A program made the position numbers and the translations under genes. Of a stretch of 64,000 nucleotides of DNA, positions 11,601 through 25,983 are shown piece after piece. The notes beneath the pieces were generated by a model that ran no database searches, was not told the origin of the DNA, and saw only the letters and a program-made list of their open reading frames with translations. Position 1 is the first letter of the stretch. Every line of letters starts with the position of its first letter. Origin of the DNA: Enoplolaimus lenunculus (lineage: Eukaryota); assembly GCA_030248215.1 (NCBI GenBank), contig JASANG010001414.1, positions 434,001 through 498,000 of the forward strand. The letters run 5' to 3'.

Positions 11601-14600
11601 TTACGAATTAACCTGAATAGCAGCTTGGCAAACGACACAAACAACAAAACTGTTTTCACATTTACGATTCAGAAGGTTATTCAAAGCTCTGTTCTAAAAC
11701 TGTTTTGTTTCTGTCTCCAATATTTGCGGCCAGGAATTATATTTCCAAAATTTCTCCCTTTGCATGCGCCGCTGATCCCCGGCTTTATGGGATTAGTGGG
11801 ACATCCTCAATGATTCCATGCGTCAACTGGAAAGCGTTCTCCAAGCATTCTTAAAGGCACATGTTACTTTTAGGGGCGTTCAGGTTTCTGGTAGGCCTGT
11901 AAAAGAGTAAGTTCAGATTCTAGATTGCAATTTTTTGCTTGTCCTTAGGCTCAGGCTTAGGAACACACTTTTGCAACGCTTAAGCTTAGGCTTAGGGGTA
12001 CGCTTAATCTACTGCTACGTCCCTAAAAGTAACATTTGCCCAAACTTAAAAATAACTAAAACGTGCGCTAAAAGTGTTTTTGTTTATAATTTCAAATGCA
12101 GCTTTGCCAACTGCCAAATAGCAGTTTTGAAACTGTGATTTTCGAACGCGTGACAATTGTGTTTTGGTTCAAATCCAACTGTTCGACTATTAAGTTTATA
12201 TTTGGCCGTCTAAAATAATATCAAATTTCCCCGAGAGCCGAACGCATGGCTGAGTTGCGTCTGTTCTACGCGAGTTTGATTTAAATTGATTATGACATAA
12301 AGTTAAAAATTTAAAATATTTGAACTTTTCGCTCACACCGTGTTCGGTCTTTGTTTTGTGATTAAAATTTAAATATAACGGATTGATCGGCTAGCAAGCA
12401 CAGGCCAATTGAATAAGCTTTCATTTATAATAGCAAAAACTATACTTCGATAAAGGCACAACTGGACCAAAAATCGGACCGGTAATTGGATACTAACAGG
12501 ACGGATTGACCAGCATTAATGCAGAGAGACTTAATTGTATCTTTAATATTTTATGCTAGCAAAGCCTTAAACGGAAGAAATGTTTGTCGTCTCATCATTT
12601 ATATTATTTTCCTCGTTTATCTACTGTCAGGGGTCACAAGTAATACTAACAAAATAATATATAAAGTATTCAAGAAAAAATTTATATTCAAATGAGACCC
12701 GCCCCGGTGGGTAAACGGTACTCCGTGAACGTATAGAATATCGCAAATCCTCGCGTGCTAGCGACCCCAAAGTGCCATGGAGCTATTCGGGAACTTTTCA
12801 AAGAATCAAAAACCTTTTAATACTGCCAAAAAATTGAACACTTATTATAAGTGTTTATCCAATTCTAGTCACTCGTTGGCTTTAGGTAACTATAGCAAGC
12901 TAAAGTGTTAGCTTAGAAATCATCTCAAAACATCAATAAAACTTTTTAGTTGCTACTTAACCAGACTTATGCTTAATTCGTGATAAAACCTGACGTCATA
13001 TAGCTGACTAAACCTTTTCAACTACTTTTAGGGTATCATATAGTGTTCTAGTTTGTAGGTAACAAGTATTCTCGCCTAATGGCAGCACGTATCGTCAGTT
13101 CATAGACCTATAGGCCCATGTGTAGAACAGGGCCGGATTGTTTTCCAAAGGGGCTATAATAGAGTCAGTTTAAGCTTTAGACTATTTTTTGATTAGGCTT
13201 AGTCTTAGGCTTAAGCTTAGGCTTAGGAACATGCTTATACTACTGTTCCGGCCCTGTTCTATACATCAGATGAAGAACAACTGTATCTGAATCGGTTGAA
13301 AAAACTTAGTCTTTCTGAAAAAGTTAAGGCCGCGCTAATATAAAATTGTAGTAAAATTATGGTTTCAGCTAAAATGTTTGGCATTCTCAAATACGTTGGC
13401 CTGACTACAATCCAGCTACTGTTAGCAGTTAGCTTCTATATCTACGGCAGTTTTCATTAATCGAATTACATTTTCACTTCAACAACTACTTCCAAATCTG
13501 CTAATTTTCAAAACCATAAATTTCATTTCATCTAAGGAGTGTTTGATGTATTCCTAACTACCGGGCCCGTAGCCAAAGAAGGGCGGGGGCTCAGCCCCCG
13601 TTTGGATATTTTTTGGTTCCCTAGGAAGTCTTCGTCCTTGCTTGTGAATCAAAACCCTTTGTATGCCTTCGTGAAAATGTTTTAGCCCGTCTCGCAAAGT
13701 GAGCTGGCTACAGTCCAGTTAAACTAACGATATTCTAATTCAAATATTCTTTTCGATTCAAAACAGTTTAGAAACTTCATTTGTACCTAAATCTATTCAA
13801 CAGAGAGTGGTTCCAAAGAAATGGGACATTTAAATTTTAACACAAACGACTCTACAGGGATATATTGAGTTCAAATTTAAAAAAGATATTCCACTTGAGA
13901 AACACGAATTGAAAGTCATACCGAGTCTTTAGTTCAAATCTGGGGTTGGTCACGAAACGCGCATTTAACTCTTTCGAAAGAAGTTTGGTTTTGATGACTG
14001 CTATTCTATCGCTCGATCAAATTTAAACTTTGTGTACAATAATGATATAAATAACTTTTTTCAAAACTGGCTTCAACTTTAGCTGGGGCACACGCTCCCG
14101 TCCGAGGCTACCGCATCCAATACACCACCGTTGCCGCCTGCAATATGGTGCTTTAAAGTTTGTATTACGTGACGATTCGTAAACCTTTGATGTATTAATC
14201 TGAGTTTGACTCTCCTGACAGAGCGAGGACTAAACGGTAAGTTATATGGGGCTAACTTGATCACTGCAGATGCAAAATTATAACACGTTTGCTCACAAAG
14301 CACAAAAATTTCCGGACATTTCTGAAATTCACACATTTTGGACATTGAGTTAAAACATTTCGTTCGTTTGGACCAATAATGGTCGCGAACTCGTCGAAAT
14401 CTGTCATCAACACCTTTGGCTCCGCCACATCGGCGGCAACATTTTCGTGAACGACTCTATATGGTACTGTATACACGAGCACGTAGCCAAAGTGGAACCA
14501 AGTGGAGCTCAACCCCACCGGATAAATTTTGGTCAGCCCGTCCAAAATTTGCAACCTTGTTTGCATGTGAACGAAATCCCTTGTGTTCCCCTTCTGAAGA

Positions 14601-17600
14601 ATTTTTACCCCCCTAACAAGGTGAGTTGGCGATTGGCCTGTGTAAGCAACTCAAAGTTGCTTTAAATTTAAAAAAAATATTTTACACTTTTTTGGTAGCT
14701 CTTGTCAATTTCGAATCGTTCATGTTTTCCTACAACATCGAGTCTATGTTGTATTTGATTTTATACAACCTTCTACACACGGCCGTCCTTGGAAAATTAT
14801 ATTTGTGGGGGCACTGAATACTTTCGGGGCGACCCTACAATTGCAACCAAAGATTGTTTACTTTTAGACCGAGTCAATTTGGGAGGGAACCAGCCAAATT
14901 TAAGGAGGCACGGCGTTACAATGCCCCCCGTAGGAACGCCGGTGCTTCTACGCCTTTACAATAGGCGCAGCTCTCGTATAAACCATTGGGAACTGTCCAC
15001 GAACAGAGTTTGTTTGAAGTTCTCTTTTTTGAAAAAAATGCCGCAAATACAAAACAATAATATAACCTCAACGTTTGCTCGCCCTAGGCGGTATATTTCC
15101 AGTTGAAATATACAGTTTGTACGTATCAGTAGTGCCAGATTTAAGTATTTATTCACTAACAAACGGGTGTAACTGAAATCAGTAAAGGATTCGCTATTGT
15201 TACGTGTTTTAAAATGTTCACATTTTATTGTTAAATTCATTTTATTAATAAATTTTTAGAAAATTAAACTAAACATTGAATAACGCGCAGGAAGTGTACA
15301 CCGCCAGTTCTACAGCTTTAGTTACATTCAACGAATGGGTATTTTGAATTTAAATCAAGAGTTCAACATTTTTTTTAAAGTATTTTGACAGCGATGGATG
15401 TGAAAATACGAGGTTTTTGCGAAGTTTATTTGTTCAAAACAATGTATTGAAATGAAAGAAAAGTACAACCAACTCTGTCTGTGAGTCTAATTTAGAGACT
15501 GTTTTAAAAATAAAAAATACTACGCTTGAAAGATGTACTATTGTTCAGGTTAAACGCTTACTTCAATAGTTAACCAAGGCCTCTGATTAGTGAAAGTTAA
15601 GTACCAGACACTTTTTTGCGAGTGGGGAAGTCTTTAGCGTGTGAAACTGCTCAAATATGGTAGGAATAGAATTTGAAAAAATCATCAGTGGAATCAAAAA
15701 TTTTTAGCAAAAAATGCTAGTTTTTTTAAATTTGGCCAGACAATTGGGAAAATGAAATATTTAAATGGTAAAATTTCTGTATGTCATTTTAAAACAATAA
15801 AAGTGTTGGTTTTGTCACAGATTTTACACCGGGGTTTATATTTATCAAGCGGCTGTAGCATCCATTTCCAGCTGTTCATATCGTGAAGCTATTATTAAAA
15901 TAATCTTATTTATTAGCGAGAATAGTGAGCGAAAAATTTTTTATAATTCTAGGGTACAAGCAGGTTGTTTTAAAGCCAATAAAACGGCAGTTTTTGCTAA
16001 GAAAAATTTAAGAGACGTATCATTTTTGTATACGCCCCTACTGTAGCGCCTAAAATACTAATAAGAGTTTAGCTTGAAAATAAATAAAAGCTTAAATCGT
16101 TGTAATTCATTCATGCACAAAAGCAGTGACAGATTTTGAGCAAAAATAGTTTTTTGCAGTCGGGCCCAAAGCCAACTTTGTGCCATGGCGGCTCTGCCCT
16201 CTCCTAGAAACATTTTGGGAATACCCGCCTGGAAAATTTTCAACATTGCTTGTAACTCATTGAAAACCTTTGAATGCCATTCTTGAACAATTTTTAGCCC
16301 CCCCCCCCTAGCAAGGTGAGCTGACGGACTGGTTGCAATTCTTCTCAGCTCATCTGAGCGATATATTTTGTATTTCTACGCTGTGTAAAAAACTCCTTTT
16401 CAAAAAGCTAAAATGTCTTAAGTTTGAAACATTGAAGTATTTCAAACTTTAACACATAGCATCTCTTAAAATTTCAAGACAATTTATCTTGTGTGTTAAG
16501 TAGGCCGTCCCAGTAATAAAATCGCTATTAGACTTGTACTAGAATTATATCAGGAAACAAATTAAAGAATAACAATACTTTTTTTAACTTTAAGCCATTA
16601 AACATGCGTGACTGTTGCTATAAATTTCCTGTTATTCAATATAGCAAAACTAACCTATCGAAGCTTTGTTGAACACAAATAGCTTTATTGCTATTTTAGT
16701 TATGCTTAGGCTTGGAGCTTGGGCAATAAGCGTTAAGAGACGGGCCAAAATCTTTCAAGCCGGGACGTATAACCAAATTCCGCAGTGTTTACACGCGAGA
16801 ACACAACTTTTATTACGGTAAAAAATTTTAGTACGGCCGGCACATCATTACGCACCCTCTCCAAGGCACAGGCCCGGCTAATAGGCAAAAAGGACGAAAA
16901 AAATCACGTTAATTATGGCTGAATTCATGTTAACATTGACAAATTTCTATTAATAGCAGGTAGGTGACTCTTAATGTTTGACCTAATTTATAAGCAAGTT
17001 CGTTGCTTACGACGTTACTGTGGTGAAGCTTGAAGAGTTTAACTTGGGTATTAAGATTAACCAATTAAGCTAATACAGCAACAGGTCTACGAATATATTC
17101 AAGTGACAATTATTTAAAGTAAGTAACAGCTATGTTCGTTTTACTTTTTATAGTTTGCCTTAATACAAAACATATGTCTCAAGTAAACAGTCTTTAGGGG
17201 TAAACCCGGGGTCCAGCCAGTTGGCCACAAGAGAACTCTGTCCGCTTTTTGAAACTTTGTTCTGCTAATTAGTTAACTTTTTGGGAAACTGTACAGCGCC
17301 TGAGTACACTTTTCCTCGCACATTCAACGGTAAAGGCTTAAGCTTAGACTAAGAATTTATTCAAAGGTTTAGAGTTAGGTTTAGGTAAACCTCTACTAAA
17401 CCTAAGCCTAAGCCTCAGTGTGAGCCTAAACCGCAGCAAAAAGAACGAGTGTATGAAGGTCGGGGCCACTATATATACATATAAAATAGACGTGTTGTAC
17501 CTTAAACCAAAGTCCTGGCTATGACCACGCCCAATGAACCACGTGAATGAGCCCCAATAGTTGTTCAAAATTGACGCTTGGAGTCCGGTGAGTGGATCCG

Positions 17601-20600
17601 ACTCCTACATCCCCACTCAACCTGTCCTACTAGTTGTACTGAGTGATTAAATTTTGATTGCCCGAAACTGAACGTAGCATAAATGACCGATTACAGAAAC
17701 ATAAGGACTTTGGAGCAGGACACTTAGGTTTACCTCTTTTTACCCCAGTGTCATGTCAAAGAAATTTACGGCGGTGTTCAATGACGCGCGGACATGGATG
17801 GTGCCATGCCGATCCTCTCGGCTTTATGCGGCACAGAAATGAATTACGCAGCCCTTACAGCGCTCAAAGGGAGGGTGTCAGTTTTGTTTTTGGTGTAGTT
17901 TCCAGGCCATCGAAGATATTTTTTGTTGGAACAACCGGATACAATGTTTGACGCTAACGTATTTCGCAACTGTTTAGATTTGAAAATACTTTCTTGACCT
18001 TCCGAAATTTAATCTGGGACGGCCGAACAAATTGAAATATAGTTTACATGTAAAAAACTGACTTTAGTTTAAATTTAATTACAGTAGGTAAAATAATTTA
18101 TAACCTGTTCAACACGAACCATTAGGCGAAAATGCAACTGTAGGTTCGTTTTATATTATATTTGTGAAAAATGTTTCAAAATTGAGCTTCGAAAGGTTTT
18201 AAGTCTTTCAATCAAAAAAGTTTTACTTAAAATCGGAAATTTAAATTTAAAACGCAATAAAATAAATCGATCTACTTAAGAGTTTTTTTATTAGGATGAT
18301 TTTGGTCAGCATTTCTGATATGCAAGTAGTAATCAAAGATTTCGCATCGTTATTGTCTTGAATCAAATTGAGAAAAAAGTTTTTAGAATTTTCCACTAAA
18401 CTGTTTTAATAAACTTAACACAAGTGACTATGAAAATTGAGACTAAATGCTGCGCAGTTATAATATTCAAGGTTAAAGCTAGAAGATTAATGGTCATACT
18501 TCTTCGGCTCGTAGCGAGGTGCGGTCAGAAAGCTCAGTCCCCCCGGAAAAGTTTTGGCCACCACCTAGAAAAACTTTGCTTGAAAGTCAACGAAAACCCT
18601 TGTATGCCCGTGCTGGAAAATTTTTTACCCCTCCCTAGCAAGGTGAGCGAGTCACGATCCTGAAACTTCGCTTTTGCAATTTCTTTCTAAACGATGCAGT
18701 TTCCAAGATGCTGCAAACAAAAGCCAACGAACCATTTTTTACATCCTCATTTAATGCTCTGAACCCAAAAACCTTGACCTAAAACGCAGTTTCAATTTGT
18801 CTTCAAAATTCTCAAAGGTCACGAACCCGTCCGTGTTCCTGTATGGTTTTTGACAAACCTTAACCCAAACATGACCTTAAAACTGCGCCGTAAACTGACA
18901 GCATGTTGCGACCGCAACCAACGCTGAGGTGTTGATTAAAATCATTTGATAAAAACCGGCGTGACAAATAACACACCGGGAACCCAAACGTTGTCGGCTA
19001 ACAAACTTTATTTTGACAGGAGCAATAAAATAAATTAATGGTAAAAAACAGCTTCGGTAAAGAACTGCGGTTTGCGGCGTTTTAGAAGAATACAGAAAGA
19101 CACAGGGTAACTGTTGACAGGCACGAAAGCGAACGGTATTTTAGATATTAGTGCTTAAATACATAAGGGTTGCGGTATACTGTACTGTACCGGTCGCTGC
19201 CGTACGCTTCTGCACGCCTCTGTGCGTTGCTAATTTAAATATTAACCAAAATTTAGCGGCGTCAAGCGGCGCGCGGCGAGTATAGCGCAATCCGGAATCT
19301 TCAGACACATGACGGATTTGCGATTTTTAATAACAGGCTAAAATGACCAAACTACGAAAGATTCAAATAAGACAGCTATACACACGTTGAAATTTACTTA
19401 TATGCAGGGGCAGAATGTGAACCGGTCAGGACGGTGTTTTTGGTCAAAAAATCTATAGTGAAAAATTGACGGTGTAGTGTGATAATTTAGACTACTTACC
19501 GTGATACGCAATCTGACAAATTACTTGTACTCAAATTTTACCGTTGCCTTCTAACTGGCTTCGCTCGCCATGTTTGTCTCACTGTAAAAATGTATTGCGG
19601 CCATCGTCAGAAATTTTTCGTTTCTTAATTGCTGTGACGGACTTGAAATAAAGAATGCATACAGATACAGTTGTATAAACATCAGGGATTCAAAAACTCA
19701 GGATTCTCTTAGGACGTGCAAATGTTTCATATAATTGACAAATTATATTGTAAGTTTCCACAATTATCTATCCTTTTATGCCGCCTGAAATACAATATTC
19801 GAAACGTTGATATATATACTTAAACCTTCGCGTTTTCAAATTAGAAATATTTTGATTCGTACCAAAGCTCCTAATCCGGATGGATTAATTTTAATTTGTG
19901 CCAGGTTGTGCCACAGCATAGCTCATGTCTTACTACACTTTTGCCAGTAGAATGGTTCACGACAAGCGGAATTAAAGCGGAGTGCAGCGTCAGGGAGGTT
20001 TAAAGACTTGGAATCAAACTCCCCCTTCTGTGGCTTTCTGCCAATGGGTATGTATCAAATTTTTAGTTTGTAACAGAACATTTTCCCTTTAATATTTTTT
20101 AAACACCGTTACCCACTTTTCAAAAGCCTGACTACAACACAACCTATTGGTATTGGTCTGGTATTGTCAAATATGTATAGCAACTATCATCAGTTAGTAA
20201 AAGGTTTTCAAACTCACGAACTATTGCAGTTGCTGAACTCAAAATTGGTACAGGAGTAGAGCAAATCAAATGCGAGAAATGCGTGAAATTTGCAGTTTCC
20301 GCATTGATTGGTTCAAAAGTTTCAAAATCTATGACCAACTGGTAATACGTGTTACAGTCCTTTGAGAATACGGGCCACGATTTTAGAGTTTACTCACTTA
20401 AATTTGGTATTTAGCACTAAACAGCAACGTCAAAAAATATTTATTCAGCACTGAAAACGGCTATGTCAAAAAAAAATTTATAAAAGTTAAACCAAAATTT
20501 TGAAATACCATAACTGATACTGATAAGATTATTTCACCGTTATCAACCCCATTAATCAAATATTACTCAAAAGCCACCACAAGAGAATGCGTCAGTTTTT

Positions 20601-21270
20601 TTAAAAAAACTACCGCAAAACTGTAAGCTTCAATATTTAAGTAGTTTTTCAATCATTTTCAAGCCGATCGTAAACAAGATATTATACAGCTTGGCCCTGT
20701 TTTGCGCGACAATACATTTTACAACCCGTTTCAAGGGTATCAACCTCTGTATTTTAGTTTGTCAAACCTTTGCTCCGCCTACAATGATTTGCTGGGTTTA
20801 TTGTTTTTTTGTCTAAAAAAATTTAAAATATTAACCATTTCCTGTTTAAATGCTTTGCTGCGCACGCAAAGTCTATCAGGTTTTTGTCAGATGATGAAAC
20901 CTGTAAACACCTTTATAACAGCAGAACTTTACATGAATGGCCTAGGAATTTTCTAAGAAATCTGTTTATTCGAAAATAAATATTGTACCAAAATTTAGGT
21001 ATACGTCAGGTAAAAGTCAACATACCTACGCTTGATAGCTAACAGAGGAGATTAAATATCTTATAGCTTGTGGCTGGGTTTACGGACGGCTGGCGTTATT
21101 ACTTTGTGCAAGTTGCGGTTACAGTAAAAATTGACGAAATGTAGATTTTTTCTAAAATTAGTTTCATTTTTCCTGGGAGCATATTTACTTTCCATAAAAC
21201 TGTTTTCTACTAATAATTTAGCAAAATTAACAGACGCTTCAAAAAATTGAGTAGGTAAAACGGTCCTTAA

Positions 21271-21533
21271 CCCTTTCTCACATGAATATTTTCTATTTCC
21301 CCTGAGATCTACTTTTATGCTAGGATTCGAACTCCAGTGACTGGAGTGGGAGGCCTATACCATCACGACTCAGCTATAGGAGCTTGACGCTCGAGCCCGA
21401 GGGGGCTCTCACGTCTTGTGGTGATTTAGTACTATGTATACGTATTGCAATTGTTAAACACAATGCGATATATACTATTTAACGTATATACACTGCGCTG
21501 AGTTGCCTACAGGAAACTCAATGTGAGAAGGGG
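21271..21533 (+). mobile_element. piggyBac-type MITE (family A) copy 2
   Basis: TTAA|CCCTTTCTCACAT...ATGTGAGAAGGGG|TTAA; same orientation as 542-803. Confidence 0.9.
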
Positions 21534-21566
21534 TTAAAGATAGCAAACTGAAAATTTTTCGCTTAA
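21534..21566 (+). repeat. 33-bp direct repeat, right copy
   Basis: ttaaagatagcaaactgaaaatttttcgcttaa; matches 509-541 at 32/33. Confidence 0.9.
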
Positions 21567-21777
21567 ATATGTTCGCAGTGTTTTTACAACTATTGTTTTA
21601 TAAACACTGCGTTAACAAAAGTTAGGGGCTCTAAACAAAAATATACTAATTAGTCAAAAACACACGACATAGTACATTTTAAAGAGTTTGTATAACATCA
21701 AAACAAACACGTTCTGAGATAATATAGTACATTTTTCTCATTTGATTAACATTTAAACTTGAATAAAACGCCGAATA

Positions 21778-22341
21778 CAGTGCATAGAACCCGGATATAA
21801 GAGAGTTGTCGGGACCGGACAAGAAGCCTGTTATATCCGGGTCTGTCTCTCTTACATTCGGGTTTCCCTATTTTGTTAAGGTATAAGTACGGGAACACTT
21901 CAAATAACGCTTGTTAACGTACAGAACACCAGTTTTTTAACAGTTATAAACATAAGAACACAGACTAAATAATACATTTTCAATCAGTGTTCACAAATAA
22001 TTCAGTCTAAAATTACTTTTTCTTCGATAAACTAAAAATGCTGTTTAGATAAATGACTTAGAATGACTCAATTGCATTTGTCATTGAACTTTACTCTCCG
22101 TAACTGATCTCTGTTTGACTGATTTACGACATCACACTGTCACTCAAAACGAACTGTCTTATATCGGGCACGACCGGACTAGAGAAAATATCTCTTTTAT
22201 CCGGGTTTTATCTTATATCCAGGTCTCTTATATCCGGATTTAATTGATATACTTTAATACAGGATAAAATTTGGAGCCAAAGAAAATCTCTTATATCCGG
22301 GTTTCTCTTTTATCCGGGTCTCTTATGTCCGGGTTACACTG
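21778..22341. mobile_element. pogo/Tigger-like non-autonomous Tc1/mariner element
   Basis: TA|CAGTG..AACCCGGATATAAGAG at the left end and CTCTTATGTCCGGGTTACACTG at the right, with multiple subterminal TCTTATATCCGG repeats. Confidence 0.6.
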
Positions 22342-22381
22342 CAGTATCAAATATATTTTAGAAGTCTAACAATTATACCTG

Positions 22382-23126
22382 TTATCGATGAAAATACTAC
22401 AAAATGATGGAGTTCAATAAGATGCTATAAAACGATGTGGATTAGGCTTAATTTTTTCAAAATCTGGTCAATTTTTATCGATGAAAATACTACAAAATGA
22501 TGGAGTTCAATAAGATGCTATAAAACGATGTGGATTAGGCTTAATTTTTTCAAAATCTGGTCAATTTTTATCGATGAAAATACTACAAAATGATGGAGTT
22601 CAATAAGTTGCTATAAAACGATGTGGATTAGGCTTAATTTTTTCAAAATCTGGTCAATTTTTATCGATGAAAATACTACAAAATGATGGAGTTCAATAAG
22701 ATGCTATAAAACGATGTGGATTAGGCTTAATTTTTTCAAAATCTGGTCAATTTTTATCGATGAAAATACTACAAAATGATGGAGTTCAATAAGATGCTAT
22801 AAAACGATGTGGATTAGGCTTAATTTTTTCAAAATCTGGTCAATTTTTATCGATGAAAATACTACAAAATGATGGAGTTCAATAAGATGCTATAAAACGA
22901 TGTGGATTAGGCTTAATTTTTTCAAAATCTGGTCAATTTTTATCGATGAAAATACTACAAAATGATGGAGTTCAATAAGATGCTATAAAACGATGTGGAT
23001 TAGGCTTAATTTTTTCAAAATCTGGTCAATTTTTATCGATGAAAATACTACAAAATGATGGAGTTCAATAAGATGCTATAAAACGATGTGGATTAGGCTT
23101 AAAATTTCAAAATCTGGTCAATTTTT
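22382..23126. repeat. Tandem array of 8 x 93 bp
   Basis: ATCGATGAAA recurs at 22384, 22477, 22570, 22663, 22756, 22849, 22942 and 23035. Units are near-identical (one substitution in copy 3, a divergent end in copy 8), and each contains one TTAGGC. Confidence 0.97.
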
Positions 23127-25666
23127 GTATCAAACTTGTGCCAAAAGTTTTAACGGAACGCACCAAATAAATAAATTTTGTAAGCAGCAAAATTTCACTA
23201 CCAAAACTGACAGAATCAATGCAACAAAAATTTCGCCGAAGCCGGACGTTGATTTTCTGTCCGCAGCCGGAGGCAGACCTCCGGTTCTACCCTCCTTTGC
23301 AACATTTTTATTCTATTCGCTGTTGCTGAATATTTAAAACTCTTGGTTTAAAAATTCATGATTTCTGTGCATTTAGTGTATAGGCCTCTACATAACATTG
23401 ATTTAATTAAATTTGCTTCCTTCCAGACCCTCGAATTTCAAATTTTCACCAAAACAAATGAAGTTAGGCTAAAACAACACTGTGAATGCTTTTAAAGAAA
23501 CAGTTTTCAAAATATCAATGGCCCTATTTACACGTGCAAGTTTTTGAAGAGCAGCAACAACTTTCATACAGTTTCTTGCAGCTGCAAACATTTGCAAGAA
23601 AAAACATTTTTATTATGAATCTTGACATGAATTTATATGAATAATTTGCCAATGACTGCAATATATAAACTTCAAGTATAAGCTACAAGTTATTAGTGCA
23701 GCCAATGATGATAAATTTGACCTGAAAGACTATTTATTCATGCCTATGAATTTGTTTTTAGTGTATATTCATCATGAATATATTGCAACTGCAAGTTCTT
23801 CGAATGAATTTTTGAAAAAAAACTTGCAGCTGCCAGATTCACCTACAAGAAATATTTAAGCGTAAATAAGACTCTACTTCAAAGTTCTTTACTTAAAAAC
23901 GCTTATATACCGATATAATATCAATTAAAGTGTTTAAAAACGAAAATCTAGCTCCGTCACAAGCGCTATACACTGCGAAATATCAACCAAGTATGATATT
24001 TGAAATAATTCAAACTTCTTGAATAAGTCTAAAGTATAAATTCAGAAGCACTCAGCTACACAGGTTCCGATTGACCAATCAAAATACAGGTGCAAGACAT
24101 TCAATAGACTTGCGTCTGCCTTCACACGTGCGAATAAGATTTTATAGAATAAATTCCAGTGAATAATTTGCATCTTCAACAACTTCAATGCTGTTTTGTG
24201 GCCAAACTTGCACATACAAGTTGCATATGCAAGCTATGCTGCCAGAACTCGCATGTATGAATAGGGCTTAACTGAAAACTATTTCCATAAAAATAAAGAA
24301 ATACACAGCATTCGGCAAGCGAGCATGAATGACACAAACAAATATTTGTGGGGGATTATTTGGACGTTTTTCAATTTGACAACATTTTAATGATAAATGT
24401 ATTCGAACAGTTGGATGATACGTATGGTGACAATCTTCGTTTTGTTTACATACTAAATTTTTAAAAAACCTGTCAGGAACTGCAGACAGAGGTGGATTCA
24501 CAAACTTCTGACGGTGAGGGTGGCTGTCAGGGTTCCAACCGGAACTAGATTTTGTCGAAAGCGGAATCGGAATTATATTCTTCTGTCGGAACCGGAATCG
24601 GAATGGAATCAAGTTTTAGTAATTCTGTTAAAAAGTTAAAGGTGTATGACTTGACATTTGTTGCAGTATGCCTGTTTCCGTAAACTGTTCACAGTTTGAG
24701 TAAAAATGGTTTATATTGGTGACAGAATACGCGTAACAACTAGGAATGTCAGCCGGAATCGGAATCGGAAGTCAAATTTTGCCGGAATTTTAGCCGGAAT
24801 CGGTATTCCGATGGAACGGTGGTGGATGGCAAAAGTTATGAAGCCCAAATTTTACTGTATGCAATATATGTGCCAATTTTCTACGGAGGAAAAATTGTAA
24901 GACAAAGAGACCTTATCATCGCAAAGAAAAAATTTTTTCGCAAAGGGGGCGTGCGCTCCCCGCGCGATGCGCTAGAGATTTCAGTTATGTCACATTTAAG
25001 CTCTACCTAAGGTCTGACTTACTCGACATATTGACTTTTAAATTTTTTAATATTCTGCAAAAATCGAGAAATAAATTGAAGTTTGGAATAAAAGTAGTTT
25101 TTGCCCACAGCATTTGGCGTTAATACAACTATCAAACTAACCTGCTTTTACATATACCAATCATACACTTAGTAATAGCGGGCCCGTAGCCAAGGGGGGC
25201 CCCAGGGAGGCTCAGCCACCCCCCGGAAAAATTTTGGCCTATCCTAGAATATTTTCAACCTTGATTGCAAATCATTAAAAACCCTTGAATACCCCTGCTA
25301 AAAAATTTTTAGCCCCCCCCCCAGAAAGTGAGCTGCCTACGGGCGTGATTAATAGGTACCGGTTTATTTAAATAGCTGTAATGCATGCTTCTTTAATGAT
25401 CGGCAAAAATCAGCATATGACCCACAGGCTTATATTTCAGTTTAGCTTTTCCTTATTACAGGGTGCGATAGATGCAGGGTCGCATTTGCTTATCTGCTTA
25501 TGTCAAACAAATAAGTTTTCCTCCAAGTTTATACTTATAAACATATCAAATACTTTAGGCACACTTTAAAAATGTTAGGTTACGAGTCTGGTTTCTTTTG
25601 GTCTATAGATTGAAATGATCTAGTGCAGATGCCATACCAATAGCTCTCCAACCTACTGATGCTATA

Positions 25667-25983
25667 CTGTAGTGACCCGAACAAGAGAGGGACTGATATT
25701 TATTTGGCGTGTAAAAAGGGTATCTCCTGTTATTCGGTTGAGCGATAATGCACGAGGAATGTACTTTCAAAACTAAAGTATGCTTTAATGATTCAAACTC
25801 AACTTTATTTGGTCCTGGAGTCATTTATACACTACAATTAGTGATAATTGACATTCATAGACTGTAGTTATAACATTTAGGGACTCTATCCGCTTACAGA
25901 CTTATTAATGATACGAACTCCTATTGATTTTGCTCAAAATGGGACCCCCTCTAATTATCACCCTCTTATTCGTGTCAGTACAG
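25667..25983. mobile_element. TA-flanked MITE family E (Tc1/mariner-type)
   Basis: TA|CTGTAGTGACCCGAA...GTACAG|TA. A longer copy lies at 31221-31654, with partial copies at about 32512-32555 and 36454-36660. Confidence 0.7.

Noticed and set aside
17035..17062. Spliced-leader (SL1)-like sequence on the minus strand (TTAATACCCAAGTTAAA)
   Set aside because: Only a partial match to GGTTTAATTACCCAAGTTTGAG, with no following GT donor or Sm site.
22382..23126. CRISPR array
   Set aside because: No unique spacers, a 93-bp pure tandem unit, eukaryotic context and no cas genes.
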